Source: Balanoglossus misakiensis (Eukaryota > Animalia > Hemichordata). From it: 64,000 nucleotides of DNA. The notes beneath the pieces were generated by a model. That model was not told the DNA's origin. It ran no database searches and worked only from the letters and a program-made list of their open reading frames with translations. Shown here piece after piece: positions 12,426 to 25,414 of the stretch; within the stretch, counting starts at the first letter, position 1; every line of letters starts with the position of its first letter. The DNA lies in assembly GCA_040954595.2 (NCBI GenBank), contig CM082584.2, forward strand, positions 2,015,344 to 2,079,343, given 5' to 3'. The translations under genes and the position numbers were made by a program.

Positions 12426-14559
12426 CTGAAATCAAAGACAGTTTATTATTTTTAATTTTATTATTATTTATTTCCTGACAAACATAATACACATACATCT
12501 CAGTGCATTTTCTACAGAAAATAATAAAATTAGAAAACAAGTGAAAGCTTAAAGGATAATAAATTACACTTAAAAACACGAAACAAACCAAAGAGTTCTG
12601 AAAGACAGTCCCTATTAACCAAAAAAGCAATGGAATGAAATAGAAAGTACTGAATAAAAAGACGAGTCTTTAAACCCCTTTGAAAACTGTCAATAGATCC
12701 AGCATTGCAGATAGAAGGTGCACAAACACTGAATCCTCTTTAGCCATATGCCTTGTTAAGTTTTGAAATGATCATTCATGGTGATGAGTTATCAAGAATA
12801 TACCCATTAAAAATTAGGGTAAGCCTAATTCAAGATTCACGTTTCAAGTTTCACGTTTCACGTTCCACAGCCCAAGATTCATATTCTGATTCAGATTCGA
12901 GTCTTGTCACGTCCTTTCACCATCTACATCCCTTACCTAATAGTTCAACAATAATTGATTTATTTCCGACTGGGTCCACAATGTTCCCATACAAGTTTCA
13001 CTCAAAACAAGATGGAGTCGCCCCCCCCATGAACAGGTCCACCTAGGATGCTCATAATAAAGAACTCCCTAGCTAGGCCCAAGTTATCATACCAAACCTG
13101 CAGATCTGCAGAGAGCTGCTGCAGCTCTGATTTAGAGCTGTGTCAGCTATCCACAGCTCATCTGCAGGTCTGCAATGGTTGTTCTGAGCTGTCATTTGTT
13201 GGCAGCAGACCAAATTCTCTTTGACAGCTTTTTTAGAACATTGTGTAGACAAACGGCAGCTCTACGCAGTTAACTCACAGCTCTAAAACAGCAGGGAACA
13301 ATGCCTTCTGTAAATTTCAATATGATAAGACTTTCTGCAGCTCAGACAAGTGCAAAAGCCAGTACACCGCAGCTCACGTACTGCAAAATGAAGTGTTGGT
13401 GTATGTAATATTGCATGAAGGCCTTTATCTATATATTAACTATAGTAATTCATGACACGTAAAAGGTATCTTTCCAGATAATGCATTAATTGACATAGTT
13501 GACTTTTTAAATAACTTTTACATGTTAGTTGATGAAATAATCATATCCTCTGTTGCAGTTGGAAAAATTCTGAAGTTGGAAAATTTCAGAATATATTTTT
13601 TTTCTGAATAATTAACACTTCCCCAAGGAATAAAAAGTATTTTTTTGTAATTTTGTACTGCAATATCACTCAAAATCAAGTTCTCACTCTTTTTTTAGAG
13701 ATCACGATTTTAATACAAATTTTCCACGATTTATTTATATTTATTCACCGCAATCTACAACCCTTGCAAGTTTTACTGGCCGAAGTACAATACTTGACTT
13801 TTGACCCGGGACGCATTACCATACGTAACCGGATTGGTCCATTCATAAAACGTCATTGAACAGTCATACTTAGTGAGTCCACAGCGTAGACACGGAAGTC
13901 AATGTCAGAAAGCCATTTCGACGCAGTTTTGACAAAATTTGTGAAAACCTTTCGCTGTTCCGACTACTTTATGCGTCAGAGATGACGTGCAGATATCAAA
14001 ACACGCAAGATCATGACAAGGGAGGTCAGTCACGTACGTTCATCGCGCGCATCGGTCGACGCGGTCATCACAATGTGGCCGCCATTCTCGATGTCAGTAA
14101 ATGCAGTCGCATTCAAACACATCGCGTTTTGATATGATCCGGACGATTGTAAGTACCAAAGGCGTTTTGAACCAACACCTACTCCTGTGGTGCATCCATT
14201 GATAGCTGTTGATTTGCCCGTACTCATTTTAACAAAATCCCCTGAAACTCGTGTACCCTGTCAGCAAAACTTTGTCTGATTTTTAAAAAAACAGATTACT
14301 TTTTCACCCTTGCAAACAAATTTTCAAAGATAAAATTTCACATTTGTTAATTTGTTTATATTATGCATAATTATAAATGGAAAAATTCTGAGATACAATT
14401 TCAACAAACATGTGTTCAGTACGAGTGTGCGGTTGATTTCAAATTTTAAAATGTGTGCAATGGACTGACAGGATGTGTGTTTAGCTGATTGTAACCATAG
14501 CAATATACAATCCCCAAACAGTGTAGCCACAGAAGAGATCAATATCCACAGTTACATAC

Positions 14560-14678
14560 CTCCACATGCATAGCCATCCTCCAGCAGATAGAATCCTGGT
14601 CTGCAAGCGCAGAGATAACTACCATGGGTATTCTGACAATAGTGTTGGCACGCATTTCCACCACTGTGACATTCATAT
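14560..14678 (-). pseudogene. EGF exon duplicate with a 4-nt deletion
   Basis: Paralog of 9693-9815, 119 nt instead of 123. Confidence 0.8.
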
Positions 14679-17600
14679 CTGGAGGGTAAGAAGAAATTAG
14701 AAATTATTTACAAGCATTACATTATTCAAGGTAAGCCTACTCTTGACTACTGGAATCTCACACCAAAGACACCTGGGCTCAGATTTATAACAAGATGGGA
14801 ATAATTTGTCGCAATTGGTATCCCGTAAAATATTTTTTTCCGGATGTGTTTATACTTTAGAACCACCAGACAGGTAATATGTATCAGGCATGGTGCCTCA
14901 ACAGCATCTTGGTATTCATCTGCACAGTCGTCATTTGCACCACGTTGCTGAAATTCCCCGTCAGCTGGAAATTTGATGCCAACGGAACTGCGTCTGATGT
15001 CATTGATATCAAAGAAAATCTTTATCTACTGGTCATCCAATGTCCTCAGTTAAGACATCAAGCTGCCATCTTCTGATGTCATGTTAGGTAACAAATTATC
15101 CAAATACAGTTCCATTGAAATACTGAAAAGTGATAAACTGTCACTTGCCAGGCAAAAGGGATAGGTGGGTATTACAACTCAGCTCATAACATAACATACC
15201 AATGACTGGTTTTGTACATGTACTTGTGGCTGTGTCAGAGTTGCAACAACATTGGTGCCAGTGGTGACAGGTGGATTTTGCTGTCGCTCACATTAGGTAC
15301 TGTCGGTTGTGTTGACTGCACTCCTGTTCGCATCGTTGACTGCATACCTGCTGATAAGTAAACACAGTAGTATTAAAACGTCAATAACTTCAACCTTAAC
15401 TTTGGATATCAGCTTTATTCTACTCTGTAAAACATTAAGAATTTATTCAGAGTTTGGTTTTCAAACAAAGGCGTTTTATATATTGATCAGCATTGTTATT
15501 GTTGAAAAATGAATTCTCGTCTGAGTTCATTTAATATTCACAATGGCCATTACTCATGTACAAGTTTTGTATAGAAGCTAAAGACTGAACATTTCATAAA
15601 GCTATCCATAGCAGAACAAGAAACTAGGGTTAATTCCTTCGCTGAAAAATACTGAAAAAAACAATGTTACTTGGGCTTTAGCAGTTAGCAAAAATGTCAC
15701 AAAATTTTACCATGACACTGTTGTATTATACCATTGATAGGGGAATACGAAAAGGGGAACTTGAATATTTTTTCCTCAGGTTTTGGCAAAGTATATTCAA
15801 ACTAATGGTAAATGACTGCCATGGCAACATAACATATATGACAGTCAAATCTGTGTTTGTGGCCACCTCTATTATAGTGGCAACTTTGTTTCATTTCATG
15901 TACATGTACATTGCACATTAACTGACCTATCTATAGAAGCCACCTGTCTATAAATGCCAGTTAAGGAAAGTCCCTTGACTGGCCACTGTAGACAGGTTTG
16001 ACTGTACCTACCTCGTTGTGGCTTTGAATCTGTACCTGGCCATCTCTGCTGTGGCTGTTAGTTGATAGAATTCACAGCAGCAATTTGTGGCATCTTACTG
16101 AACTGACTAGCATTTGCCATTTGCATGACACCCTCTGTGGCTTTCAGTGCAGCAGCTGGCACATGCTGGGAAGTCATCTTTGGTGGTGAAGTTGCCTGTC
16201 CAAAAAGAGTAACAAACCTAGTTAATATGAAGCATTATCAAGACCAGTATTCAAAACCACATTTTTTAATTCATGACTTCAATTTTTGAATCGATGTTGA
16301 GCTTACAACTCTCAAAGTCCTATTTTCAACAAAATTGAATCGATGTTGAGCTTACAACTCTCAAAGTCCCATTTTCAACACACATACTCACATTTGGAAG
16401 GGATCAGGTTTTAGGGCTTATCAACATTAATCACATTAAAAATTGAATTTGATTAATGAGTCTGTGGCATTATCCAAAGAGTCTTTCCATTTACAGAGTG
16501 GCTTTTTTGCAACCAAAACAGAAGTTTTGAATGTGTTTTGAAAATAAATAGTCTACTGTGTAGACAATGGTAAGACAAGGCTATGCGATACAGTCATAAA
16601 AAGCTTTCAATTCACAGGATGGGTAACTAGAAACAGCTAATTTGAATCTCAAAAAGTAGAAGGTAGACCACAACTGTACCTGGGTGGACAAAATTGTCTC
16701 ATGGGAATACATGTACTTGAAACAGTCACATTGGGTTGTTGAGTCCTGTTTGCTGTGACAGTGGATACTGGTTGGTTTGGTAAACTGGTAGGCTGGGCAA
16801 AAGGCATTGATGACCTTTGACCTTGGCCCTGCATCTGGGGCTGACTTGGTTGAATCAGTTTCTGTTGAGAGGATGACAGTTGTTGTGGAGACTGACTTCC
16901 AATTTGACTTGGTCGTCCAGGTAACAGATGATTAGTTGGTGTGGCATCTGCAGTAAAAAGATCTAGTTGATTTATTTATGAACTGTAAAACGGGAAATTT
17001 CTGTGACAAGAAATTTTCGCAATATCAATAGAGACAGCTGTTATGCTACAATTAAATTTCGCATTCTTATATTTCACTAACTTCACCAATATCCCCGAAA
17101 AACATTTTTATATGACTTTTTAATTCGCATTTGTTGGTTCTCGCGAAGTTTACAAAAATTTCCCATTAGACAGTAATTCATCAATCGCAAACACAGAAAA
17201 TATGTCTAGTAGAAAGACTAGAACAGGTGCAAATCACCTCTACAAAGCCAGTCTCCCAAGAGCAATGAGAAGTAAAGTGCCTCGCTCAAGGGCACAATAT
17301 CGCGGTCATGAAGTCACCATCCTCAGATAGAAAATCCACTGTAGGAAATTTTTCTGATCGATGCACCTGGTCCTGCACATATTTCCTACTTTGAATACCC
17401 CATGATTCTCTGTTTCTCTGTTCATTCTACGTGTACAGCTGATGAAGGGGACTACAGCTCATGCTGTATTTTCAACTCGTTGATCACAGAGTGCTATATA
17501 ACTTTAACTAATATTGTAGTGAAGATCAACATGGCAATATTCTACTTTATAATATACCTCATGCTAATACTGTGCCGTGATTCGCCAGAATCCGTCACGT

Positions 17601-17689
17601 GATAGGAAAATAGAATCGACTATGAACCGATAGGGCAATAGCAGAAAAAATATAAACCGGTCACGTGACCAACGTGACGTCACAGGGTC

Positions 17690-19051
17690 ATGTCAATCAG
17701 CGTCGCGTCGTCTGCTAGCACAATGGCCACCGCTGAAGATGTCGTATGCCAACCTAAAGAGAAAATTGCAAGATTTTCCCTTTTGTCGGAGCAAGAACTG
17801 CAACACCTTGTCGACAACAAGGATTCACGTAACACCAAATATGTAATTCAATACGCAACGAGGATTTTTACTTCGTTTTGTGAAGAAATTGGTACTACCA
17901 TATCCGACGTGGAAAAGACTGCGCCAGCCGATTTGTGTCTCACGCTGCGGGATTTCTACGCTGGGGTTCGACAGAACAACGCACAGCTGTATTCGAGTAA
18001 GTCAATGATAACAATACGATATGGCTTACAACGATATTTTCTGAAACAGTGCGGCACCGACATCATCCACAGTGAGATTTTCAAGCCTGCCAATGATGTA
18101 TTCACTGCAATGCTTGTAAAACTGAAAGGCGAGGGTAAGGGTGCAACGCAACATAAAGAACCCGTTACCAAAGATGACATGACAAAAATGATGTTGTCGT
18201 CTGCACTTGACAAGTCAACGCCACGCGGGTTACAAAACAAGGTTTTCGTTGATATTATGATGTATCTATGCAATCGCGGCCGCGAAAATCTACGTAACAT
18301 GACGAAGTCGCACTTCGTCGTCCAACGTGATTCAACGGGCCTGAAATATGTGTCGCTCTGTAAAGATATGCTGACGAAAAATCACCGTGGCTGTATAGAC
18401 GACGCGGAAATGAGTCAAGGAGGGAGGATGTACGAGACTCCTGAAAACTCGCTATGTCCAGTTTGGTCTTTTGAATTGTATTTAACAAAGCTAAACCCAA
18501 ACTCTGAGGCTTTTTGGCAGCGACCAAAACCAGCACTGAAAAGTCAAGATGACTCTGTTTGGTATGACAGCATAGCAGTTGGTAAAAATACGCTCGCCGA
18601 CAAAATGAAGAAAATATCTGTCGAAGCTGAATGTTCTCGTACGTACACCAACCACTGTTTGCGTGCTACCACTGTGACAACGCTGGACGACAAAGGCTTT
18701 GAGGCACGGCATATCATGGGAGTTAGTGGTCACAAATCAGAGACCAGTATCAGAAGTTATAGCAGAGTTGGTGAAGACAAGAAGCGAGAAATGAGCCGTA
18801 CACTTTCCAGTGCTATTCAAGGAAGTTCGTCGACAAACGAACAGATAGAAGGCGCACAAACAATAGAACAGCCGCAGTCGTCGCTAGCTCCGATAATGGC
18901 ATCGCCCTTGCAACGGTCATTTCTGAGTGAACTGACTACTTCTTCTCCGCCGCCGCCGGTTAATTTTGTTACTCAACAAGAAGTGAGCGGTAGTAAGAAA
19001 GTAGTGAACTATAACTTTCATGGATGCGTCGTCAACATCCACAACAATTAG
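17690..19051 (+). CDS. Crypton tyrosine recombinase (DUF3504 / ZMYM-QRICH1-KCTD1-related type)
   Basis: 453 aa, uninterrupted. NRGRENLR (R), TKNHRG (K), CPVWSFELYL, TNHCLRAT (HxxR), SGHKSETSIRSY (H, Y). Confidence 0.92.
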   Translation: MSISVASSASTMATAEDVVCQPKEKIARFSLLSEQELQHLVDNKDSRNTKYVIQYATRIFTSFCEEIGTTISDVEKTAPADLCLTLRDFYAGVRQNNAQLYSSKSMITIRYGLQRYFLKQCGTDIIHSEIFKPANDVFTAMLVKLKGEGKGATQHKEPVTKDDMTKMMLSSALDKSTPRGLQNKVFVDIMMYLCNRGRENLRNMTKSHFVVQRDSTGLKYVSLCKDMLTKNHRGCIDDAEMSQGGRMYETPENSLCPVWSFELYLTKLNPNSEAFWQRPKPALKSQDDSVWYDSIAVGKNTLADKMKKISVEAECSRTYTNHCLRATTVTTLDDKGFEARHIMGVSGHKSETSIRSYSRVGEDKKREMSRTLSSAIQGSSSTNEQIEGAQTIEQPQSSLAPIMASPLQRSFLSELTTSSPPPPVNFVTQQEVSGSKKVVNYNFHGCVVNIHNN

Positions 19052-19240
19052 GCTTTATGGAATCCGAAGCCAATTGACTGTCAAAAGTTGTACTTTGTCA
19101 GCTTACCAAATTTTGCATATTACATTATAATAAGCCGTAAGCTGTTTTATTCGGGTTATAGCATCCGTTCATGTTGAATTTATTGTATTTCGTATGCAAG
19201 GTATTTAATTAAACTTGTTCAATATTGCAAACATAAACTG

Positions 19241-19459
19241 TTAGCATGAGGTTTATTATAAAACACCTATAGCCTGGCCTATATTCGGGCCATAGCGGCC
19301 GTTTATTACACCCTCGTGGCTGTGAGTTACCAGAATCATACGCTATTTCCCTCGGCCTACGGCCTCGAGAAATAGCATGTGATTCTGGTAACTCACAGCC
19401 CCTCGGGTGTAATAAACGGCCGCTATGGCCCTCATGGCCAGGCAATAGGTGTTCAATAT
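19241..19459. repeat. Crypton right-end fold-back with an extension complementary to the left end
   Basis: Stem about 19262-19453 around the loop cctcggcctacggcctcg. 19241-19261 (ttagcatgaggtttattataa) is complementary to the left end ttataatatacctcatgctaa. Confidence 0.9.
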
Positions 19460-21457
19460 CTCACACTTCACTTGGTGGTCTAATTATGACAAATGACTCG
19501 TAAGCAACACTGGAGACTTTACCTGGAGTTGAACTTCCAACAGTTGATTTGAGAGGATTTGAGGTCATACTGGAGGTAGATGCTGTAAACATGGTAACTG
19601 TTGATGCGGGTTTCAGTGGCTGTGTTGTGGTAGTGGTTGTAGACACTGAAGTGGTTGCTATGGTTTTAGGTTTCACGATGGCAACCTCTTATGTATCACC
19701 ACTTGACACAGATTTTTCTGAAACACAATCATGAGAAAAATAGAAGATTATACAGTTGATGTGAAATTCTTCTGTGGATTTACACAATATCACTAAACTT
19801 GTCTTGAACCTGTACCAGTGTTTCATCCAGGATGCAACCATGGAAACTGATTTCTCACCTACCAGCAATTTTCAGGAGGATGTGTAATTCATTGGCCAGG
19901 CATTGAAATGATGGGGAATAAAATGCTTGGCTTGTGAAAGTACTGCAACAGAAGACACTGCATCACTCGCGAAAATAACTTCCTTAAGCCTCAGATCGTG
20001 TGCAGAGGTCATGAAGTTCTGTCATATTTAGTATTAGCCAACCAGGAGCGCATAACAATACGTGATGTGTAATAAATATTACAACCATTTTATGGAAGTA
20101 CCAATTTAGAGTAATAAAAATCTTAACAAACCACAAAATGATGAATTGGTTGTAAATGGCCACGTAAACAAGTTATATATTTGACCTGTGAACTTTAGAA
20201 TCTGGATGGTATGATAGCAAATATTTGCATAGCAACAGATACCTACCAGCAAGTTGATAACCTTTGAGAAGTATCATGTGGTGTGGATCAGCCGCATAAT
20301 CCTTCATAGGTACCATCTGTACTTCACGCTTTGTCGCTAAGTTTTTGGAGTTCAGGCCGTTTGCGGGGTGATATGATTGAGGAATGGACTCCTCTCTGTC
20401 AAAATACAACATTTGCTAAGAATCAAAATGTGGCATCCACATGTGAAGTCGTTACTGATGCAACAAAAACAATTCAAAATTCAAAACAAAGAGTTTTTGA
20501 GACTTGAGTTGTTGTCATCTTTTTGAAGACAATCCAAACATTGAGCATTCCTCATCTTTACTGAACATTTAGTTGCCCTCAGCAAATATACAAGTTCAAT
20601 TTAATAATCTCATACATACGAGAAAATGTTCCCAAAGCGATGCATTTAGATGTAAAACACATGTCAATCAATCAAAATTAATTATAAAACCAGAATTCAA
20701 GAAAATATAGCTGTTCAATGGAGCTTAATGAAATTGGTCCGCACAGTAAGCTAGTTTGAAAAGATGTGTTTTTTCATTTTCCCTTGTCAGATTGATATGA
20801 CTATTGTTAGTAGGCAGTGTTGTATGAAATGTTTAAGGCACACTGGCTCTCACACACAAACCACACTGGGACACACAAATTGGGCACAACTTTGGGGAAA
20901 ACTTTAATACTGACAAAAACACATACTAATGAACAGTTGAAGTCTGTCTGTGTTTACTACAAAATTCTCCCCCTGAAAACTACACTATCAAAAGAACTAT
21001 GAAAACAATGCAAAGCATACAAACAATGCTTTTAATAAATACAATAAATATAAATAATATAAAGCAACAAAGACAGGCAGAAATTCCCTGGAATGTGTGG
21101 TGGGAGGGTGGGTCAATAGCGTCCCGTGTCAAGCCTGCTGCTCTGCCGAATGCAAAAGTGGCAATGACAAGCCCGGGAAACTTTCCCTCCGGCGGTCTTG
21201 AGACAGCATATGTTTGGCTGGCACACGGACCCCTACTGTCCCCACCGCGCCTTAATCAGCGCTCACTTAGAGCTACTCCTTAAGGCACCCTGGCTCTCAC
21301 ACACAAACCACACTGGGACACACAAATTGGGCACAACTTTGGGGGAAACTTTAATACTGACAAAAACACATACTAATGGACAGTTGAAGTCTGTCTGTGT
21401 TTACTACAAAATTCTCCCAAAAACCCAATATAGTAGTGGTAGTCATAGAAAACTTGC

Positions 21458-22423
21458 TTACAATGTAGAAGTAGAAAAAGGAAGCTGTTTGGCACAAAGC
21501 TTAACAGAGTTAACTTTGAAAGGGAGGGGGAGGACCAAGTAACGAAGGTATGCGTCACTCCTCCAATCCCCCATCAGCTTAATTATATCACTGGGAACCC
21601 CACACTGTATTGCCCAGGATGCCCCTCCCCGACGGAGACTGTGTGAAGAATATTCACTGACCTGCACCCCTAGGCGACTAAGATGGGTGCGGAGCTTTGA
21701 GGTGAACTGTGGGACAGTGAGCGGGCGGAAGCTACCATTACCTGCAGGGATGACAAAGGCTGGGCCTGTAGGGGGTGCCCCCTTAGAATGCTGAAATGCC
21801 CTAAGGACTGCAGAAACAGGGCATAATGGGTGATTGCGAATCCATGGGAGAGGAACTTGAAGAACCCGATCCCGAGTTTGTAGCGTTTTGGTCCATTGAA
21901 TAATGATGGTGAGACCCCATGCATGCACCTGGAAGGAAGCCCTAGTTAGATGTTTGTCTGGGTCAAACTTAGAGCCTGAAGGAACTAAGAAATTGGATTT
22001 GCGCAGCAACCCAAAGAAACCCACAAGGCAGGCTGCCCAAAAGACAGAATCAAAGGCTGATGAAAAACATAACTGACTGTGAATGCCCAATAACAATGTG
22101 GGGGTGAGAGGCAGCTTCCTGGCAACTGTAGTTCCCTTAACTTTGGCTATGCCCTTTAACAGCATAGTCAGCAGCCAATTGTCTTGGAGTGGATTGGCGA
22201 AGCCATGCTCTAAGTGCAAAATACGAATAATATTTAAATACTGCTTCACTGAGTTGAACTTTAGACGGCGAGCTAAGTAGGCTGTGTAACGACAAACCAG
22301 GTCACTACTGGCTGGCAAAGGGGGGTAACCCATCATAACACAAAAGGAGATGTATGACTTCCAGTGGACAGAGTATGTGCGCTGTGTATTTTCTGCAAAG
22401 GCACTTCCTCTATATGTGGCCAC
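21458..22423 (-). CDS. Ngaro tyrosine recombinase
   Basis: 321 aa. FFGLLRKSN (R), TKT (K), LCPV, HSLRRGGAS (HxxR), GDWRSDAYLRY (Y). Confidence 0.92.
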   Translation of the reverse strand: MATYRGSAFAENTQRTYSVHWKSYISFCVMMGYPPLPASSDLVCRYTAYLARRLKFNSVKQYLNIIRILHLEHGFANPLQDNWLLTMLLKGIAKVKGTTVARKLPLTPTLLLGIHSQLCFSSAFDSVFWAACLVGFFGLLRKSNFLVPSGSKFDPDKHLTRASFQVHAWGLTIIIQWTKTLQTRDRVLQVPLPWIRNHPLCPVSAVLRAFQHSKGAPPTGPAFVIPAGNGSFRPLTVPQFTSKLRTHLSRLGVQVSEYSSHSLRRGGASWAIQCGVPSDIIKLMGDWRSDAYLRYLVLPLPFKVNSVKLCAKQLPFSTSTL

Positions 22424-24060
22424 TTCCCTATCCAGATGTTCCTCCAGCTGTTTGATCTCTGGATCTGACGAGTAAGAAAGGTAGCAGCAGTATAAGGCAT
22501 GTGAAGTGGGAAGCTAGCTAAGGTGAAGGTGGGGTGGAGCTCTCCATAAGGGTGGAGCAGTGTATGCAACCTCATGAACTGACCTGGTTGATGCAACCTG
22601 GAAATGGCATCAGGAATGTGATTGAGTTTACCAGGAACATAAACTGCTTGAATGCTGAAGTTGTAAGAAGCTGAGAGCCAAAATAGAGAACGAAGCACAG
22701 ACATCATGAATGGATGGCGACATGTCCCATTATTAAGCATACCCATAGCAGACATACTGTCCGTGTGAATTACAACTCTATGATTTGCCCACACAGGTGC
22801 CCATCTTTGTGCTGCCACTGCAACAGCCAGCACCTCTTTGTAATTAATATGAAGTGTGAAGTAGATGGCCAGTCAGCCCACCTGGTGTACACCCAATCCC
22901 CCCTAAAATAAGCACCGGCAGCGGTGTTGCTAGCATCTGTATGCACATCAGTTATAGGGTCTGTATTCAGAATCTTGCAAGTGCCATTAAAATGTGGTAA
23001 AAAGCGAATCCACCAATCAAGATCGGCCTTAAATTCCCTACCAAGGATAACTTTATGAGAAGGTTGGCGGAGATTATTAATGCAATCCAGGATGCGACGG
23101 AGGAAAGTCCTACCTCCGACAATGACCTGGCAAGCCCAGTTTAATTTCCCAGCAAGGAATTGCAGCTGGCGGCGGGATGCACGTGTTTTTGTGTGAAAAA
23201 TAAGCAGCAATGAATAAAGCTCATGAAGCTTTGGCAGCAGCAAGGCAACAGTAAAAGCGCGGGTATCAATTTCAATACCTAAAAATACTAACCGTTGAGT
23301 GGGTCTCTTAACCTTACCCCAAGCAATAGCAAACCCTAACTTACGAAGCAATGAAATAAGGGTGTTCAGGGCAATTTGGCACTCCTGGTAAGTATCTGCA
23401 ACAATGAGGAAATCATCAAGGTAGACCACTAAACAAACATAACCCTTGCGATGCATCATCCTACGCACAGCTTGGGTGAGACGGTGAAAAATGATGGGGG
23501 CCTTTTTGGCTCCAAATGGGAGCCTTGTGTCGAACATATAAGTAGCCTCTTGCATGTTAGAAAAGGTCCATTTCAACCCAGTAGCACTATAATTAGATGG
23601 ATGGATACGGACAGACCTGTATGCAGACTTCAAATCCACCTTAGCTAAAAAGGACCCTGGCTTAATTAATTTGGTGGCCTCCCCAAAGGTTTGGAAGGAA
23701 AACGAAGGATTAGTTGCATAGTCGTTGACTGCAAAATTGGGCGGTTGACTGCAATCATGAATCAGTCTAACATCTGGTGAGTTTTGTTTGGGAATGGCCC
23801 CCAGTGCGCTTACAATAGTTGGTTTGTCAGATGTGACCTCATAACGACCTTCACTCAACTCAACCAAAATTTGTTCCTCCACTGCAACACGAAATGAGGG
23901 GTCCGTTGCAGATTTGTAATTATTTGTCTCAGCAGGGCGGATATTAGAACCAGGATCGACAATGCAAAAACCCTGTTCAATCCCGTCAAGAATAAAATCT
24001 TTGTCTGGGTCATTGGGGAAAATTTCAGTAACCCAGGCTTCATAACGTAAGGCTGAAGGG
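22333..24060 (-). pseudogene. Ngaro RT/RNase H, frameshifted near 22835
   Basis: VDLKSAYR, RLPFG, YLDDF and HTDAS, then in a second frame HTDSMSA and NHIPDAISR. The frame continues upstream of the listed 23882 start (PNDPDKDFILDGIEQGF). Confidence 0.9.
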
Positions 24061-24081
24061 AAGGGGGGAGGGGTGGGCAGG

Positions 24082-25414
24082 TCAGTTACCCTTGAAGTGG
24101 CTTGTTCTCGCTCTTTGGTTCCCCCCTGACAAGTTTGGGTGGTTGATTTTGGAATGGCCCTTTTTGCAATCCAAACATATATGACTGTAATTACATTTTA
24201 CCCCGAACTTGCAATCCCCTTTATTGTAACCGATACAAATGGGTTGTCCTGTCTTGACATCAACGGGCGCCGCAGAAGTAGACTTACCATTTTTGACCAG
24301 ATATGACCCCCGTGCTTTGTTTTGCACTGCCCCTTTTTCCCTCAAATACACAGTGGACAAATGTTGGGAGTCAGTTCCCCATGGTAAATTATAGGCTGCT
24401 TGTAGTTTACGGAACTCCCGATCATAATGCAAAACAGACACCCATTCATATCGGTCTGCCAGTTGACACACTTTAATGGTGTATGCTGAATACTCTTGTA
24501 CTTGAGTAAGGTTGTAATTGTGCTTTGAAATGAGTTCGTACAAAATGCGAACCATTGCTGAGGGGTCACCGACCCTAATTTTGGTTTTGATGGACCCGAT
24601 TCAAACACCAGTTTGTTTTCCCCACTCCAAAGGCCAGCACTTTTTGGTCGACCTTAGCCTGTAGGGAGCTTGGTACATAGTCAACAATGTCATAAAATTT
24701 CAAACCTGCCATGGACGCCGGTTTTAAATACACCATTTGTTCTAAGTCCATGCGCTGAGGTATCTTCCTGGGCGGGGTCAGGTCATTGTTCAGTGGTCCC
24801 GCGTTGATATTCAACGCCTGAAGCAGCGAGTCCAGTCCAACTTCTCCTCGACTTGCCTGTTGTGCCTGTTCGGAGTCGACGGTCTTCGCGCTCGCTGAAC
24901 TGGCTTCGTGGGAGTCTGATGTACTGGGGGCCACCATGTTGTCTGTGTATTGTTGTCCGGCCGTCGTATGCGAGGGCGCACGGTTCCGGTCAGCGACTTG
25001 GGTGGCATCTCGATCTCCCGCCACATCTGCCCGTCGAGCGGTCGTACGTTTCTGTGAGGCAAGCTCGATAAGCGCTGCGTCCAATTGCCGAAACTGGGCA
25101 AGAGGAGATATCTTCATGAAATATAAATCGTCATGCTGAATTAATCTGACCACTTGCATCGTAGTAAACCCGTTGGCCGCTAACACATTCAGAGTTGGCA
25201 GTAAGATCCCATGTTGATCGGCCCAGTTTTGTACTTCAGAGTCCGGCGCGGGCACTGATTCAGGTACAGACCCAGATATAACGAGCGAAGGATCAGGCAC
25301 CGGCCTACCCGTAGGTAGCGTTTGAGGTGTCTTCAGCGTTGCCCTTTTTTCTCGCCAGTCCGACGCGGCAAAAGTAGCAGTGTCAATCGGGGGAGCGTTC
25401 GAGCCAAGTCTCAA
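24082..25414 (-). pseudogene. Ngaro gag-like ORF (SAM-like segment, CCCH zinc finger), frameshifted near 24600
   Basis: WVSVLHYDREFRK and CIGYNKGDCKFGVKCNYSHICLDCKKGH in 24082-24555; upstream part in 24575-25414. Confidence 0.8.

Larger units (their letters stand above)
11108..14816. repeat. Segmental duplication copy B
   Basis: Colinear with 515-9953. Provides the empty sites for the Kolobok MITE and the DIRS element. Confidence 0.92.
17548..19459 (+). mobile_element. Crypton (YR DNA transposon), apparently intact
   Basis: Absent from the paralog at about 29545 (ctacTATATctcac). TAT at both junctions, a single YR ORF, no RT, and a terminal fold-back of about 190 nt. Confidence 0.92.
16012..20395 (-). 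pseudogene. MED25: MED25-like pseudogene exons, copy C (about 20247-20395, 19523-19717, 16679-16947, 16012-16195; a truncated further exon at about 26814-26925)
   Basis: 20247-20395 reads RGVHSSIISPRKRPELQKLSDKA* and, after a frameshift, KDYAADPHHMILLKGYQL, matching recalled MED25 vWA sequence RGIHFSIVSPRKLP...DPRHMVLVRG. Downstream exons are S/T/Q/P-rich with stops. Confidence 0.8.

Noticed and set aside
17690-19051. Domesticated host gene (KCTD1/ZMYM/QRICH1-like) or bacterial contamination
   Set aside because: It is absent from the paralogous empty site, has a non-autonomous derivative, retains the full catalytic set, and sits within spliceosomal intron sequence.
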